Shown here piece by piece: positions 25,501 to 38,800 of a stretch of 64,000 bases of DNA. How positions within the stretch are numbered: position 1 is the stretch's first letter; the number at the start of each line of letters is the position of its first letter. This stretch comes from Geosiphon pyriformis uo1 (lineage: Eukaryota; Fungi; Glomeromycota). The notes under the pieces are model-generated. The model worked only from the letters and a program-made list of their open reading frames with translations. It was not told the DNA's origin and did not search any database. The translations under genes and the position numbers were made by a program. The stretch spans positions 380,635-444,634 of the forward strand of contig JAAOMT010000617.1 in assembly GCA_016748015.1 (NCBI GenBank), in the 5' to 3' direction.

Positions 25501-26794
25501 TTGAAGCATGGTTCAAATCTGGGTCTTTGTGGTTGTTGATTTTCTCTGACTGCTTGGGCTAAGAGTTCTAATAACCAGGCAAAATTTGCTGTGAGTCTGT
25601 CTATTAACTGTTCATTTGGATCTTAAGTGTGAGTGGTAAAAGAAGTAGCAGCCATTTGAGAGGCAGGAGCCATAACAGGAGCAGGAGCAAAAACTGGTAG
25701 TGTGAATCCCAAGTGCATCCTTTGGTTATCTTCAATTCTTTGTGCTAATTTAATGGCCATATCCATGGTGGGATTATCTTTCAGGGCCAAGAAGGGCCAA
25801 AGAGCATATGATAGATCAGTTCTCAATTCTTTTGTGAAGGAGTGAATTTTCTGCTCTTCTGTCTAATTTCTCCCAGAGTCTACACGTTTGATTAGCTTTT
25901 TAATAGCCTTGGCATATTCAGTCACTACTTCTCCAGGATCTTGGGTTCTTCTTTTCAATTCCATATGCCATTTGGATATTAATATTGGGGTTCTGAACTT
26001 GGCCTCAAATCAGGTAATGAAAGAGGTATTTTCTTCTCCAGCATTGATTGGTGTCTATCTGATTATTCTGTGTTGAGCATTGGCATCTGTTTCTTGTGAG
26101 AACCAAGTAGCAGGAGAGCTTTGGAGGTAGCCACCAACGATTTGGAACTTGTATTCTTCATCATACTGGTTGGCTGTGGCAGCTCTCTCAAAATCATCCA
26201 ATCATTCAATTGAATCTTGTGCATTACCTCTAAATAGTGGTAGTAAGGTATTGTTTCTTCTTTCTAGAGCAGTTTGTATACCTTGAAGAGCAGCCAGAAT
26301 GTTTGCTTGCATGGGGTCATTAGCCATTGGTTCAGGGGTAACTGTTTGTGTAGATGAGTCTGATTCACTTGATAAAAAATCAAAAACAGGAGCAGTTTGG
26401 TAACTTTTTTCTTCTGTTTCAAAGGGAGTTTCAGTTGCTTGATGGGCAGCAATCCAAATGTGGATTTGATGATTCAGATATTCGAAATCAGGAGGCTGTT
26501 GTTCAAAGATTGCAGAATATAAGAGTTGATTGATACTGTTGTTTCTTTTTTCAAAGTTGTTTTCAAAATAAGCTTGATCAAAATAAAAGATCGTATAAGC
26601 TGTATAGATTTCAGCTGAATGCTCATTCAGAAACCAGTTCCAAAAGTCTTGGAATTGTCTACTGGATTGTTTTTCAAGGGGAAACAGATCAAGCAGGAGG
26701 GCAAAGGATTAAGTTCAATGAAATTTAGATCATTTCTGTTGTATGCTGCAAAGTGTTCTTCTGATTGCTGTGGCAGATATAAGTAATCACCCAT
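22575..26794 (-). pseudogene. gag-PR-RT-RNaseH polyprotein of C
   Basis: ORF fragments 25623-25826, 24062-25159, 23537-24049, 22658-23461; ends 'NTDTLSRLTIQ' followed by TGA TAG TAA. Confidence 0.88.
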
Positions 26795-26823
26795 ACAATG
26801 AGGGAATAAGTGAATTTTGACAA

Positions 26824-26840
26824 CCTCACAGGAAGCACCA
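26824..26840 (-). promoter_or_regulatory. Primer-binding site of C (TGGTGCTTCCTGTGAGG)
   Basis: 6 nt from the 5' LTR end; complement CCTCACAGGAAGCACCA has tRNA T-stem/acceptor-stem/CCA form. Confidence 0.85.
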
Positions 26841-26846
26841 CTTTTA

Positions 26847-27512
26847 TGTTATGGGTTGGAGTAACAAGCTAATGAATAGCAAGGGAGAACAGTATTGTAT
26901 GATAATGAAAATAAACAAAGAGGGAATTACAATAAGAGAGCAAATTGAATAAGTAAGAATTCAATGTGCGTGATCAGTCTCATAAAAATCACAGTCGCTA
27001 ATTTTTTCTTAAATCTGAAGGTAGAAGAATAGTCTGTGATTGTCAACAAGATAACACCGCTACTATTATTCTATGCCTCAACTCGGCAATTCTTAGAATC
27101 AATAACAGGTATTGTTGTACTTTTCAATTATTTCTTTATTCAATGAATTACAAGAGCAAGCCAATTGCTTTTTAGGCTAATTCTAACAAATACAAATCAA
27201 GAAGGGGAAACAATAAGATATGTAAATGCCAACAAGTAGATACTTGAAGGTAAGGAAAGGGGAATAAACGATTATGAAAGGAAGTAATTGATATTGTTTA
27301 TTTTATTACTTTGATTATGTCTTTCTACAGCTAAGGAAATCATTGCTTATATAGCTATCTAAAGTAGTCAATGATCAGGTCAATGATCAGGTCAATGGTC
27401 AGGTCATTGATTAGGTCAACAATTACTATCTAAAAATAGGGTGGCTAATTATATGATATTAGTGGCTAATACATGTAATAACTAATAAAAACTATGGGTT
27501 TCAATCATAACA
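26847..27512 (-). repeat. Family C 5' LTR
   Basis: TGTTATG...CATAACA; direct repeat of 19851-20528. Confidence 0.93.
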
Positions 27513-27669
27513 GCATGATTAATCATTGCACTTAAATTACATTTGTGTTATTTACAAATTGGGTTATTAATTAAATGATAATTTCGGACATTTTGCTAAT
27601 GTAATAAGTAATAATTTGAAACAATAATATATGCTAATTAATAATAAGATTTATAAGGGTAATTTTATG

Positions 27670-28388
27670 CTAAACAATATTTCTACTTTTATCTGGTAAT
27701 ATAACCTCCTCTTCAAGACTGAGCTCTGTTGAAGTCTAAGTACTGTCTGTAATTTCCAGATAATAATCCAAAATTATTGAAGAAATTTGGTCTGAAAATT
27801 GTTAAAATTTCAGTTCTGTGAGCTTTCCAATATATTGAATCTTCAAAAACTGTAAAATTGGGTTTTGTAGGATGTTTTCACAGATGTAGAATAAGTCATA
27901 AAGTCTAAGAGCAGCTCTTAGTTTATAACAACTGTTTGTAGGTCCAGCTGTTGTCTTGAATTCATTGTGGAGTTGTTTCTGAATAGCTTTTTTTGTAAGG
28001 TTTGCTGCTGTAAGCTCCTGTTTTTGTTTGTGAAGTGTTTTTTCAATGTAGAAATATCTATATATTGAAGTATAGTCATAGTTTTTTTCATTAAAACACA
28101 ATTGAAGTTTTTGTTGAATAGTAGCATTTGGTGGAATACTAATAAGAGTGAGCATTAAGTTTTCTCTTAAAGCAAGCTTTAAAAGTTCTGGCAGGTGAAT
28201 TCCAGAATAACTTCTTGTGTTTTTCTTATACGGATGATATTTTTGTGCATTTGGGGCTAAATTTGTAACTACTTCTGTTTGGGTATAATTAATGTGGTTT
28301 CCAGTAACAGTAATGGATAATTCGGGTATTGTTTTTAAAGTTAACATTAGGTTTTGAATAATTGTTGAATGTTTTGAGGAATAGTCAT
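27670..28388 (-). pseudogene. Family A ORF3 of A2 (disrupted)
   Basis: Homologous to D ORF3 (54685-55401); ORF fragment 27802-28347. Confidence 0.8.
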
Positions 28389-28510
28389 TATAAAAGATTT
28401 GAAAATAAAAGAAAATTATTTTTGGTGTATGAGTTTTTATGTTATTTTTGCTTTGTTTTTGTGAGATTGTTTCTAAATTATAAGGAGATAACTATAATAA
28501 TAAATTTAAG

Positions 28511-29884
28511 TTAAGTGTTTAAATTGAGAGGTTGTTCAATAACAACTATTGGTTCTAAATTTTGGGGAATATCTTCAGGATTGATTAAAGGACCAATTTG
28601 TGGAATTAATGGTTCAGGATTGTGTCTGGAATTATAGTGTTTCAAACAATCTTCATGTACAACTTTTGTTAGGATTTTGTCATCAAGTTTTAGCTTGTAT
28701 AATCCGTTGCTTAGGACTTCATGGATAAAGAATGGTCCATCCCATTTATTTTCAAATTTTCCACTCCATTGTTTTTCAGCTTTAATTTTGTGTAAGAGAA
28801 CTTTGTTTCTGATTTTAAATTTATTGATAACTGGAGGCAATTTGTTGTCATGTCATTCTTTTTGTTGAGCTTGGGAGTGTTTAATATGGGTGGCTGCTAT
28901 TTGTCATTTTCCTTCCAATGTGCTAAGCAGAGTATAGACTCTTCGTTGTAATGTTTCCTGAAAGTTGTCTTTATTAATTGGTTGTACTGGATATGTTTTC
29001 ATTGTGAAACTAATTGGTAATGTTGCTGTCCTTCCGTAGGTTAAATTAAATAGTGTGTGTTTTGTGGTATCTTGTTTTAATGTTCTATATGCTAGTAACA
29101 CTGATGGAATAAAGAGATCTCATTCTTGCTCAAAATCAGTTGAGATTTTGGCTAATAATTTACACAATGTTCTATTAAAACGTTTTACAAGTTCATTTGT
29201 TTGTGGATGGTAGGGTAAAGATAATGGTTTCTTGACATTAAATTGTCCACAAATTTCCTGGATTAAATTGTTCACAAAATGTGTTCCTTGATCAGATAAA
29301 AGTTCTATTGGGCATCCATGTCTGCAAATAATGTCTTTGTAGATGAAGTTTGCTACTGATTTTGTATCTGTTCATTGAATGGCTCTGGCTTCAGACCATT
29401 TGGTAAGATAGTCTACAGCTATTACAATATAATGGTTTCTTTGGTTTGTGATAGGTAGTGGTCCAACTAAATCGATACCAACTCAGTCAAAAGGCTGTTC
29501 AACTTTAATTGGGTTTAAAGATTCTGTAGGGCAAGTTTCTCCTCTTCTTTGACAACTATTACAAGACTTAACGTATTCATGAATGTCTTTTCTCATTTGA
29601 GGCCAAAAGTAATATTCTAGTGTTTTCTGAGTAGTGCTGTCTTCTAGGTGTGCTAATGAAAAATTTGAGTGCATGTTATATAAAATGGTTTCTTTTTCAT
29701 GTTCTTGTATTAATCTGAGTGAATTGTCTGGGTTTCTGAAGTTTCGATAATAAATTATGTTGTTGTGTAAGAAGTATTGTTTGGCTTGTTGTTGTAACTG
29801 ATGTTTTTTATCTGAAGACCAATCTGTTGGGATTGTTAATGTCTCCAAATATTGTTTAAGATTGTTGTAGTTTTCAGGATTCAT
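28511..29884 (-). pseudogene. Stand-alone integrase ORF of A2
   Basis: Starts MNPENYNNLKQYL; CNSC motif; 'KWDGPF' GPY/F motif; no chromodomain. Confidence 0.87.
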
Positions 29885-29930
29885 TGTTTGTTGTTTTGTT
29901 GTTAATTCAAATGGGTGTTGGTTTTGTATT

Positions 29931-31192
29931 CTAATCTTGCCTTATTCTTGAGAGACAATCAACATTGGTATGGAGTTTTCTTAGTTTGTGGTGTACAATA
30001 TATTGGTAGTTGGCTAAAAATCCTGTCCATTGGATTTGTTTTGCATTCAGCTAAGTGTTTTTGTTCTAAAGTCATTTGAGTCCAATATTATCAGTGATAA
30101 TATCAAATTCTTTGGGTCTGAGGTAAAGGTTGAAGTGATGTAGGACCCAGATTACTGCTGCAGTTTCTAATTCTGTTGCAGGGTAGTTTTTTTTGGCTGG
30201 TTTCAATATTCTGCTAGCATAAGCAATTACTTGCTCATTTCTATTGTTATCTAACTGTGATAGAATAGCACTAAAGGCAATATAAGAGGCATCTGTTGCT
30301 AACTGGAATTGGTTGCTGAAATCTGGGTAGGCGAGAATTGGAGCTGTCATTAGTTTTTCTTTAAGGATTTCAAATGTGTTTTGGTGTTCAGCAGTTCATT
30401 TGTATTTGACGTTTTTGGTGGTAAGCTGGTTGAGAAGTTTTGTGATTTCTAAAAATTTTTTGATAAATTTTTGATAGTAGAAGGCTAACCCTATGAATCC
30501 TCTTAGTTCTGTAGTGTTTTGAAGAGTTTTGAAGTTTTTGACAGTACTGATTTTTCTAGGGTCTGGTTTGATTCCATCTTTACTAATGATATGACCAAAG
30601 AAGGCCAAGCTTGTTTTTCCAAAGTAGCATTTTTCAATGTTGAGTTTCAGTCCTGCTTTTCGTAATCGTTGAAAAACTTCTTGTAGGTGTTTTAAGTGTA
30701 ATTCGAATGATGGAAAATAAACATCAGTATCGTCAAGATAAATGACTACTGACTTCCAAAAAAGGTCTTTGTAAACAACATCTATGAGTCTTTGGAATGT
30801 TGCTGGTGCATTGCATAATCCGAAAGGCATTATGTTGAACTTGTAATTTCCTCCTTGAGTGGTGAATGCTGTTTTGGAGTGATCTTTGGGATCTATGGCA
30901 ACTTGCCAGTATCCACTTTCTAAATCTAATGTCAAAAAGTATTTGGACTTCCCAAGAGCATCTAGCATGTCATCAATTTGGAGAAAAGGGTAGGCATCTC
31001 CAATGATAACACTGTTGAGTTGTTGATAATCAATACAAAATCATATCTTTCTATTTTTCTTTTTAACTAAGACCACAGGTAAATTCCATGGACTTATTGA
31101 TGGTTGAATAAGCCTATTGTTGAGCATCTGTTGTACTTCTTCGCAGATAAATTGGTGACTTTCTGGAGCAACTCAGTAGGCTTGCTGTCACT
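29931..31192 (-). pseudogene. RT-RNaseH of A2
   Basis: 'LDLESGYWQ', '[13 protein letters not shown]', 'YLDD', 'ATDAS'; ends LSRIRQD*. Confidence 0.9.
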
Positions 31193-34100
31193 TTGATTAC
31201 TTTGAAGAATTTAAATCACAATTGCCAACACCATCAGAATTCCGATCACCACCACCTCAACCAGATTTTGGAAACACAAGTCCTTGGGAAATAACAGAAT
31301 CAGAAGAAAAGGAAGAAGAAGAATCTGAAAATTAAAAATTTACTTACCAGAACCCAATCACGGAAAACTCGGAATTTGGAATTCCAAATCTTCAAACCCA
31401 GCAAAATTCAAATTTAGAAAACCTGGAAATTGAAACTCCAAATATTCAACCACCACAAAATCAGAAGCCCAATCTAATTAATCAACCAGATCTATCTCCC
31501 ATTATCGTCATTAACCCACCACCAGTTAAACCGATTGGCCAGCCATTACAACAACCACACCAGCAGATTCAACAGCCATTAGTACTACTTCAATAATCAC
31601 CACAACATAACTTAGACCCAATGGCATATGCACTAATAGCCAAACTTGAAAAATTCACCAGTGAAAAAGACAATGCCCAAGTATGGCTAAATGATGTGAA
31701 GAAAGTCATTGCAGCTAATGGATGGAATGACACCAGAGCCATGCAAGCCATTCCATATTTTCTCCAGAATACTGCCAATTCATGGTATCAAAGCCTGGTC
31801 AACAAACTCCAAGATTTCAATGCATTCAAAATAGAGTTCTTAAGATACTTTAGCAACAATAACAGCATTAACAGACTACAAACACCTTCACTACTATCAA
31901 ACAAGGAGAAAATGAAGCAGTCATTACTTACTTAGAACACTTCCACAAAAATCTGCATTAGATCTAAGCCATTGACCCCAATTATTTCACAGTAGCCCAG
32001 ATTCTAAATCAGTTTATTCACAGATTATGCAGTAGTATCCTACAACACATACATCCAATATATTCCATCAATCTGCAAGCAGCCATCACAAATGCCAGAG
32101 ATTTTGAAGCTGCTGAATTCGAAGCTAACCATGCCCAAGCCATTAATCTAGTAATGAATAGATCATCTAAATTGGATTCCAAATTGAAACAATTTAGTGA
32201 TTTCATCAATCAAAAATTAGAGGGATATTTAGCTGACAATCATGCAATTTATCAACCATCACAATGACACAATAATTCTGGAAATGCAAATCATTTCCAA
32301 AATCAGTTACGTCTATTATTGTCGACCAATCAACAGTGGCAACAGAAAATGCGTGTTTGCTACTATTGTGGTAAACAAAGACACCTACAAATTAATTGCC
32401 ACTATTGCTTAAATAACCAATGATTGGGAAACCAATATTAAAACCCTGATTGCCGGTTTCAAATTCTGAATAACCCACCAAATTCAGAACCATATCATAA
32501 GAATTACTTACCTATGACGCAGCAGCCACCTTATCAACTACCAGTATATCAAATGCCAATTTATCAACCAACAACACCAGTAATTTATCAGCCACAGCCA
32601 CAGCCTTTGGTAATATATCAGCCCTAACAAATTCAAACACCACTACAGAACTTATCTTAAAACAGAACCCAAAGGCCGAGATTGACCCAACAAAGCTGGA
32701 GATTGTTGATGATAGTCTACCAACTGATCCACAGTTCTTCTACATAATCAGCAGGATCTCAACAATAGAATTCAGACACTGGGTACACTCAACACCCAAA
32801 TTTCCAGAACTATTTAAGTCTACTGGTTACCCTAGAAGACACTCAACCCAATAACCTGGAAACCAACCAACATCCAACACTTACCAGCAATATTCTGCCA
32901 GCTACCATCACCAAGAACAAATCACTAGATGCCATTTTCCTGTTTGAACTCAAAAAACCATTGACCACGCCGTTATTTAGTGGAGCCACTTTAGAAAAAA
33001 AAACCCATTACTGCCATGTACACTAATGCCAAAGTTGATGGCCACTTCATTAAACTGATTCTAGACAGTGAATCAGCTGACAGCATTATTACAAAACAAT
33101 TCATAGACCAATTAGGTCACTGAGTTGATTGTATTGCCAGTGCCAGAATCATAACTACTGATGGAGCAACCAAAACTCCCATTGGTAAGATTGATAACTT
33201 TCCTTTTGAAGTCAATGACATCATTATTCCCATTAAAGTTCTAGTAATAGAAACAACCCAATATCAGGCATTAGTAGGGAATGACTGGTTATCTAAAACC
33301 AATGCCATATTGGACTGGATGACGCAGAAGCTCTAACTAAGCCAAAATGGTCAACACATACATGTACCAGCCACATGTGGCCATTTCAAGACTACCAACT
33401 CGACAGTTCTACTTATTAAATTTGAGGAAGACAAAGAGAAACCTACCTAGGAAGCATACCAAGTCTCTTGGGCCAACAAAAACCACAATAAGCTACCACT
33501 GATACTTTCTTGGGATGACAAAGGAAAAAGAAAAGAGAACAAAGAACTTACCTGGAATACCAGCCAAGTCTGGGAAACAAATAACGATTAAGACAAATTT
33601 GCAACCTGGGAGTGGGAAGAAACTGACAAAGAAAAGAGAAAGAAAAAAAAAGAAAAAACTACTCTTACCAGTAGCACTTACAGTTCATACGCTTATATTT
33701 CATCACAACCATCCAATTATTGTCAACCAAAATTAGAGTGTGTTAATTGTGGCAAGAAACTGTCATCAATGGGTGCTTGTTGTGGTGACAATAAAAAATA
33801 TGTCATGGCAACAAAATTTTATTGCCGCCTATGTGTCATAGAATGCTTTGGACAACCAAAATGACAAGAAAAGTGGGACAATCAACTATGTCTCGTATGT
33901 AGAACTATTTTGCCTGATGAAGGAATGTGGAATGACATTCTTGGACAAGGAGGGATGTGCGATGAGACATGCCAGTATATCATCTTAATAAACAACTGGG
34001 TACACAAAAAAACTTCTATTGATGATGTCTGAAAAAGAGCGTTGTGATGATTAAAAGAATATTCCCATGACAAACATGAACTCTGGAGAATGGTGTATGC

Positions 34101-34991
34101 GAAAACAGAAGGTACAACAACCAGTGAACTACTGAAAATAAAAAACAACCCTCTATCTCTTCCTAAACTTGAATACGTCCAAACTTTTAATGTCTTTAAC
34201 AACATTGAGGATGACCCAGAGGAATTTTACGAACATTACCAGCAATTAGCACCCACCAGAGAAGAGCAGAAACAATGCTTGGAAGAAATAAACACCTGAT
34301 TATGTGATCACTGTTTGATCTCATGTGATTTTTAGTATTGTAATGAGTGTGATTTTATTTACAATCCACCACCATACATAATCTACATGATTCCAGAAGA
34401 AGATGAACCAATAAGCAACTGCACATTGGAATTGGAATCAACTTTCAATTCCAATTCAAACTCTGACAATGATGACAAGGAAAACACCAGTTTTAGTTCC
34501 ACTCAATATGACAATGAAAATATCAACAATTCAGACTTTGATTCAAATCCCAAAATATATATTGCACTTCCTAATCTATCTAAGGAGCAGAAACTCAAAT
34601 GATATAGTAACAATAATGAAAGTATCATGCCAGAACGCACACATAATACTGATATAGGGTTTGATCTGAGATATCTAAAAAAAAAAGCCATCAAATTGAA
34701 ACCAAATTTGCACACATGTATTGATCTCAAAATAGCTCTAGAAATTTTAGCAACAACCATGGTTTAATTAACATCTAGGAATAGCCTAGCAAAAAAAAGA
34801 ATCAACATTAGAGGAGGAATAATTGATGCAGGGTATGTAAGAAATATCATTGCTATGCTACAAAATAATTCAGAAAAAGCCTATACTATAAAGCCAAATG
34901 AAAAAATAGCACAAGCAATATTCCTGCCTCTGGTGAAAGTAGCTAAATTAGTATTAGTGAGAAACAGGGATATAGAGATTTGGATCCATGG
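31193..34991 (+). mobile_element. Ty3/Gypsy element B2 fragment (gag-PR-Cys-rich-dUTPase), no 5' LTR, interrupted by B3
   Basis: Colinear with B3 36363-40180; gag 31621-31935; dUTPase remnants ~34620-34991. Confidence 0.85.
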
Positions 34992-35759
34992 TGTTACTTA
35001 TAAAAAGAAAACAGATATAGAAAATAGCAGACCAATAAGAAAATAGTATTTAGCACATAAGCACATTGCTCAGAAATGTGAGCATTGCTCAAGAAATCAT
35101 AGCACATCACTCAAAAATGTGAGCAATCTCATAAAAAATCAATTATATATATATAGTAGTAGTATTAAAAATAGAAAAAGCAGAATTCTTTAGTTAGAAA
35201 TCTTCCATCCACAAATATTAAATAAATAAATCATCTACTATCCAAATTTACTTTCCATTATCAACACTTTATGTTAATAGTAATTAATACTTAACTATGT
35301 TGGAACAATAGCTCTTGATCATGGCTATTGACAAAATACTAACTTGCACATCACATTGGCTTCTTTTTTTATTTTCTTTTATTTTTTTTTTGTTTTTTGA
35401 TTTTTTTTATTGAATACTAACTGATTAAGGATTAAAGCACTGAGTAATTAACATCACAAATAGCCTGGTAAAAAACCCAGAAATAAAGGTAAAATTATAT
35501 ATATATTATTGGATAGCTTACCAAAAAGGCACAAATGCCAGAATAAATTTGGCCACCAAGCTGAGAAAGAAATTGGAAAAACAACTTGAGAATACAACTA
35601 TCATCAACCTTAAAGGATTTCTGTCTATTATACAAAAGACTCAACTCTAAAACCTTCAGATACAACTAATATACTAATATCACCAGCATTATCAAGATAT
35701 TGAGCACCAAGTTACAGATTTGTTATTTGATTTGAGACCCCAAATAATTATCTGTAACA
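34992..35759 (+). repeat. Family B 5' LTR of B3
   Basis: TGTTAC..TGTAACA followed by TT-TGGTGCTC PBS. Confidence 0.9.
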
Positions 35760-35821
35760 TTTGGTGCTCTCTGTAAGGTATATTCCTACAGAGAACCAGC
35801 ACTATCAACAATCATCCAAAA

Positions 35822-38800
35822 ATGGCAGAATCAGAAATCATAGAAACAAACCATTTAGGATTTGCCAAATCTTTATTTCAATAGTACAGTCAACAATTAG
35901 GATTGAACAATAATCATTTTTCAGCAGAATCAGCCTTTAACTTCTACATCAATGATAAAATCACAGATTGCTTAGGAGGAACAGTTAACATTGAATCAGC
36001 AAGGGAAAACTTCTATACAGAATTATTTCAACATACCAGCTTACCAAGAAACTACAGTTTTACACCAATTATTAGGGAAATCAATCAAACTATTGAAAGG
36101 TATACACAACAACAATTCTCCATTACCTATGCAGATAAAGGCAAAGGAAGATTACAAACCTCAGCAGTAACACCAAAACAAATACAACCACCCAATTGGA
36201 AGAAAACCCAAGTTGAATTACCCACCAATCCATCATATTATTATATGTCTAGAAGTACTATTAACATCTCATCAACAGACACATCTATATCAAATGCGAC
36301 ATCAATCTTTGAATGTTTCCCATTTCAAAGTAAACAACAAAAAGCTATTAGGACCTTATGGTGATTACTTTGAAGGATTTAAATTGCGATTGCCAATGCC
36401 ATCAGGATTTCAATCACTGCCACTGCAGCCAGATTTTAAAACTGCAAGTCCTTGGAAATTAACAAAATCAGAAAAGAAACAGGAAAAAGAAAAAGAATCT
36501 GAAGATCAAAAATTTACTTACCAGAACCTGATTCCAGAAAACCTGGAAATTGAAACTCCAAATTTTCAAACACAGCACAATCAGAACAATTGAAACCCCA
36601 ATATTAATAATCAACAACACTTACCTTCAGTAATTATAATCAATCCACCTCCAGCTTCACCAATCAACAAACGGCAACAACAGACACTTCAACCACCACA
36701 ATTACCACAGCAGCCACTTCCACAGCCACAACAACAACTTCAACAATCAAACTTGTATTCAATGGCCTACACTCCAATAGCAAAACTCGAGAAATTCACT
36801 GGCAAAGAGGACAACACCCAAGTATGGCTTAACAACGTAGAAAAAACCATCATGGCTAATAGATAGAATGATGTCAGAGCCATGCAAGCCATCTCATATT
36901 TTCTCCAGGATACCACCAATTCATGGTACCAAAGCCTGGTCAACAAACCCCAAGATTTCAATACATTTAAAATAGAGTTCTTAAGATACTTCAGCAACAA
37001 TAACAGCATTAATAGGCTAGCAAACACCTTTACTATCATCAAACAAGGAGAAAATGAAGCAGTCACTACCTACTTAGAATGTTTCCACAGGAATCTGCAC
37101 CAAATTCAAGCCATTGATCCCAATTATTTCACAGTAGCCCAGATTCTAAATCAGTTTATTCGTGGATTATGCAGTAGCATTCTGCAATATGTACGTCCAA
37201 TACATTCCATTGATCTGCAAGCAGCTGTCACAAATGCCAGAGATTTTGAAGCTGCTGAACTCAAAGCTAACTATGCTCAAGCCATTAATCTAGTAATGAA
37301 TGGATTATCTAAATTGGATTCCAAATTAAAACAATTTAGTAATTCTATCAATCAGAAATTAGAGGGATACTTAGCTGACAATCACGCAATTTATCAACTA
37401 CCACAACAATACAATAATTCCAGAAATGCAAATTGTTTTCAGAATCAGTCACATTTATTATTATCGACCAATCAACAGTGGCAACAGGAAACACGTGTTT
37501 GCCACTATTGTGGTAAACAAGGACACCTACAAATCAATTGCCGTCATCACTTAAATAACCAATGATCGGAAAATCAATATCAAAATTCTGATTGCCAGTT
37601 TCAAATTCCAAATAACTTACCAAACTCAGAACCATATTATCAGAATTACTTACCTATGATGCAGTAGACACTTTATCAACCACCAGTATATTAAATGCTG
37701 AGTTATCAACTGACAACACCAGTAATTTATCAGCCACAGCCACAACTTATTTATTAGCCACAGTCTCAGGTAATATATCAGCCCCAACAAATTTAAACAC
37801 TGTCACAAAACTTATCTTAAAATAGAACCCAAAGGCCAAAATTGACCCAACAAAGCTGGAGATCATCAATAGTAGTCTACCAACTGATTCTCAGTTCTTT
37901 CATACAACCAGAAGGATTTTGACAACAGAATTTGGGCACCAGATACGCCCAAAACCCAAATTCCCAGAACTATTTAAGTCTCCTGATTATCCCAGAAGAC
38001 GCCACTTTGAACAAACTGGAACCAAATCAACCAGCAAAATCTACCCACAACATCCCACCAGCAACCATCACTGAAGACAAATTCCTAGCCACCATCTTTA
38101 TCTTTGAACTCGAGAAAACCACCACAGTACTACTGTTTAGTAGGGCTGCTTTAGAAGAAAAACCCATCATGGCTATGTATACTGATGTCAAAGTTGATGG
38201 TCAGTCTATCAAACTGATTTTAGACAGTAGATCAGTTGGCAGCATTATCACAAGACAACTTATGGACCAATTAAGTCGTTGAGTTGATCAAGCTATCAGC
38301 ACACGCATTATCACAGCTGATAGAGTGACCAAAACTCCAATTGGTAAAATTGATAACTTCTCAATTGAGATCAATGGCATCACAATACCCATCAAAGTCT
38401 TTGTGATGGATGTCACTCAGTATCAAGCACTAGTTGGTAATGACTGGCTCACCAAAACCAATGCCATCCTTAATTGGACCACTCAGGAGTTGCAACTCAG
38501 CCAGAACAGCCAACACATGAGAGTACCAGCAACATGTGGCTATTTCAAACCCAGCAGTATTATGTCAGTCTTACTAATCGAGTTTGAGGAAAAGGAAAGA
38601 AAACCAACATAGGAGACATATCAAGTCTTGTGGGCCAATGAAGATCACAACGGCCACCAATACTATCATGGGATGACAACAGAAAGAGAAAACAAAAAGA
38701 AGAACTTATCTGAGAGACTGACAATCTGACCTGGACTGACAATGACAAAAATGAACTAACACCAAACTGGGAATGGAAAGAAGAAAACAATAAAGAAAAG

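Larger units (their letters stand above)
19851..27512 (-). mobile_element. Ty3/Gypsy element C, full-length but decayed, no dUTPase, inserted in the A2 LTR
   Basis: LTRs 19851-20528 and 26847-27512; TSD GTAT/GCAT; PBS 26824-26840; PPT ~20529-20545; gag ATG 26794; PR 'LILDSRLS'; RT 'YLND'; RH 'TDAF'; IN with HHCC and DDE motifs. Confidence 0.93.
19054..31192 (-). mobile_element. Ty3/Gypsy element A2, 3' half (3' LTR split by C; ORF3, IN, RH, RT), 5'-truncated
   Basis: LTR halves 19054-19850 and 27513-27701; PPT ~27702-27713; ORF3 27670-28388; IN 28511-29884; RT 'YLDD' in 30396-30968; abrupt end at ~31192. Confidence 0.88.
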
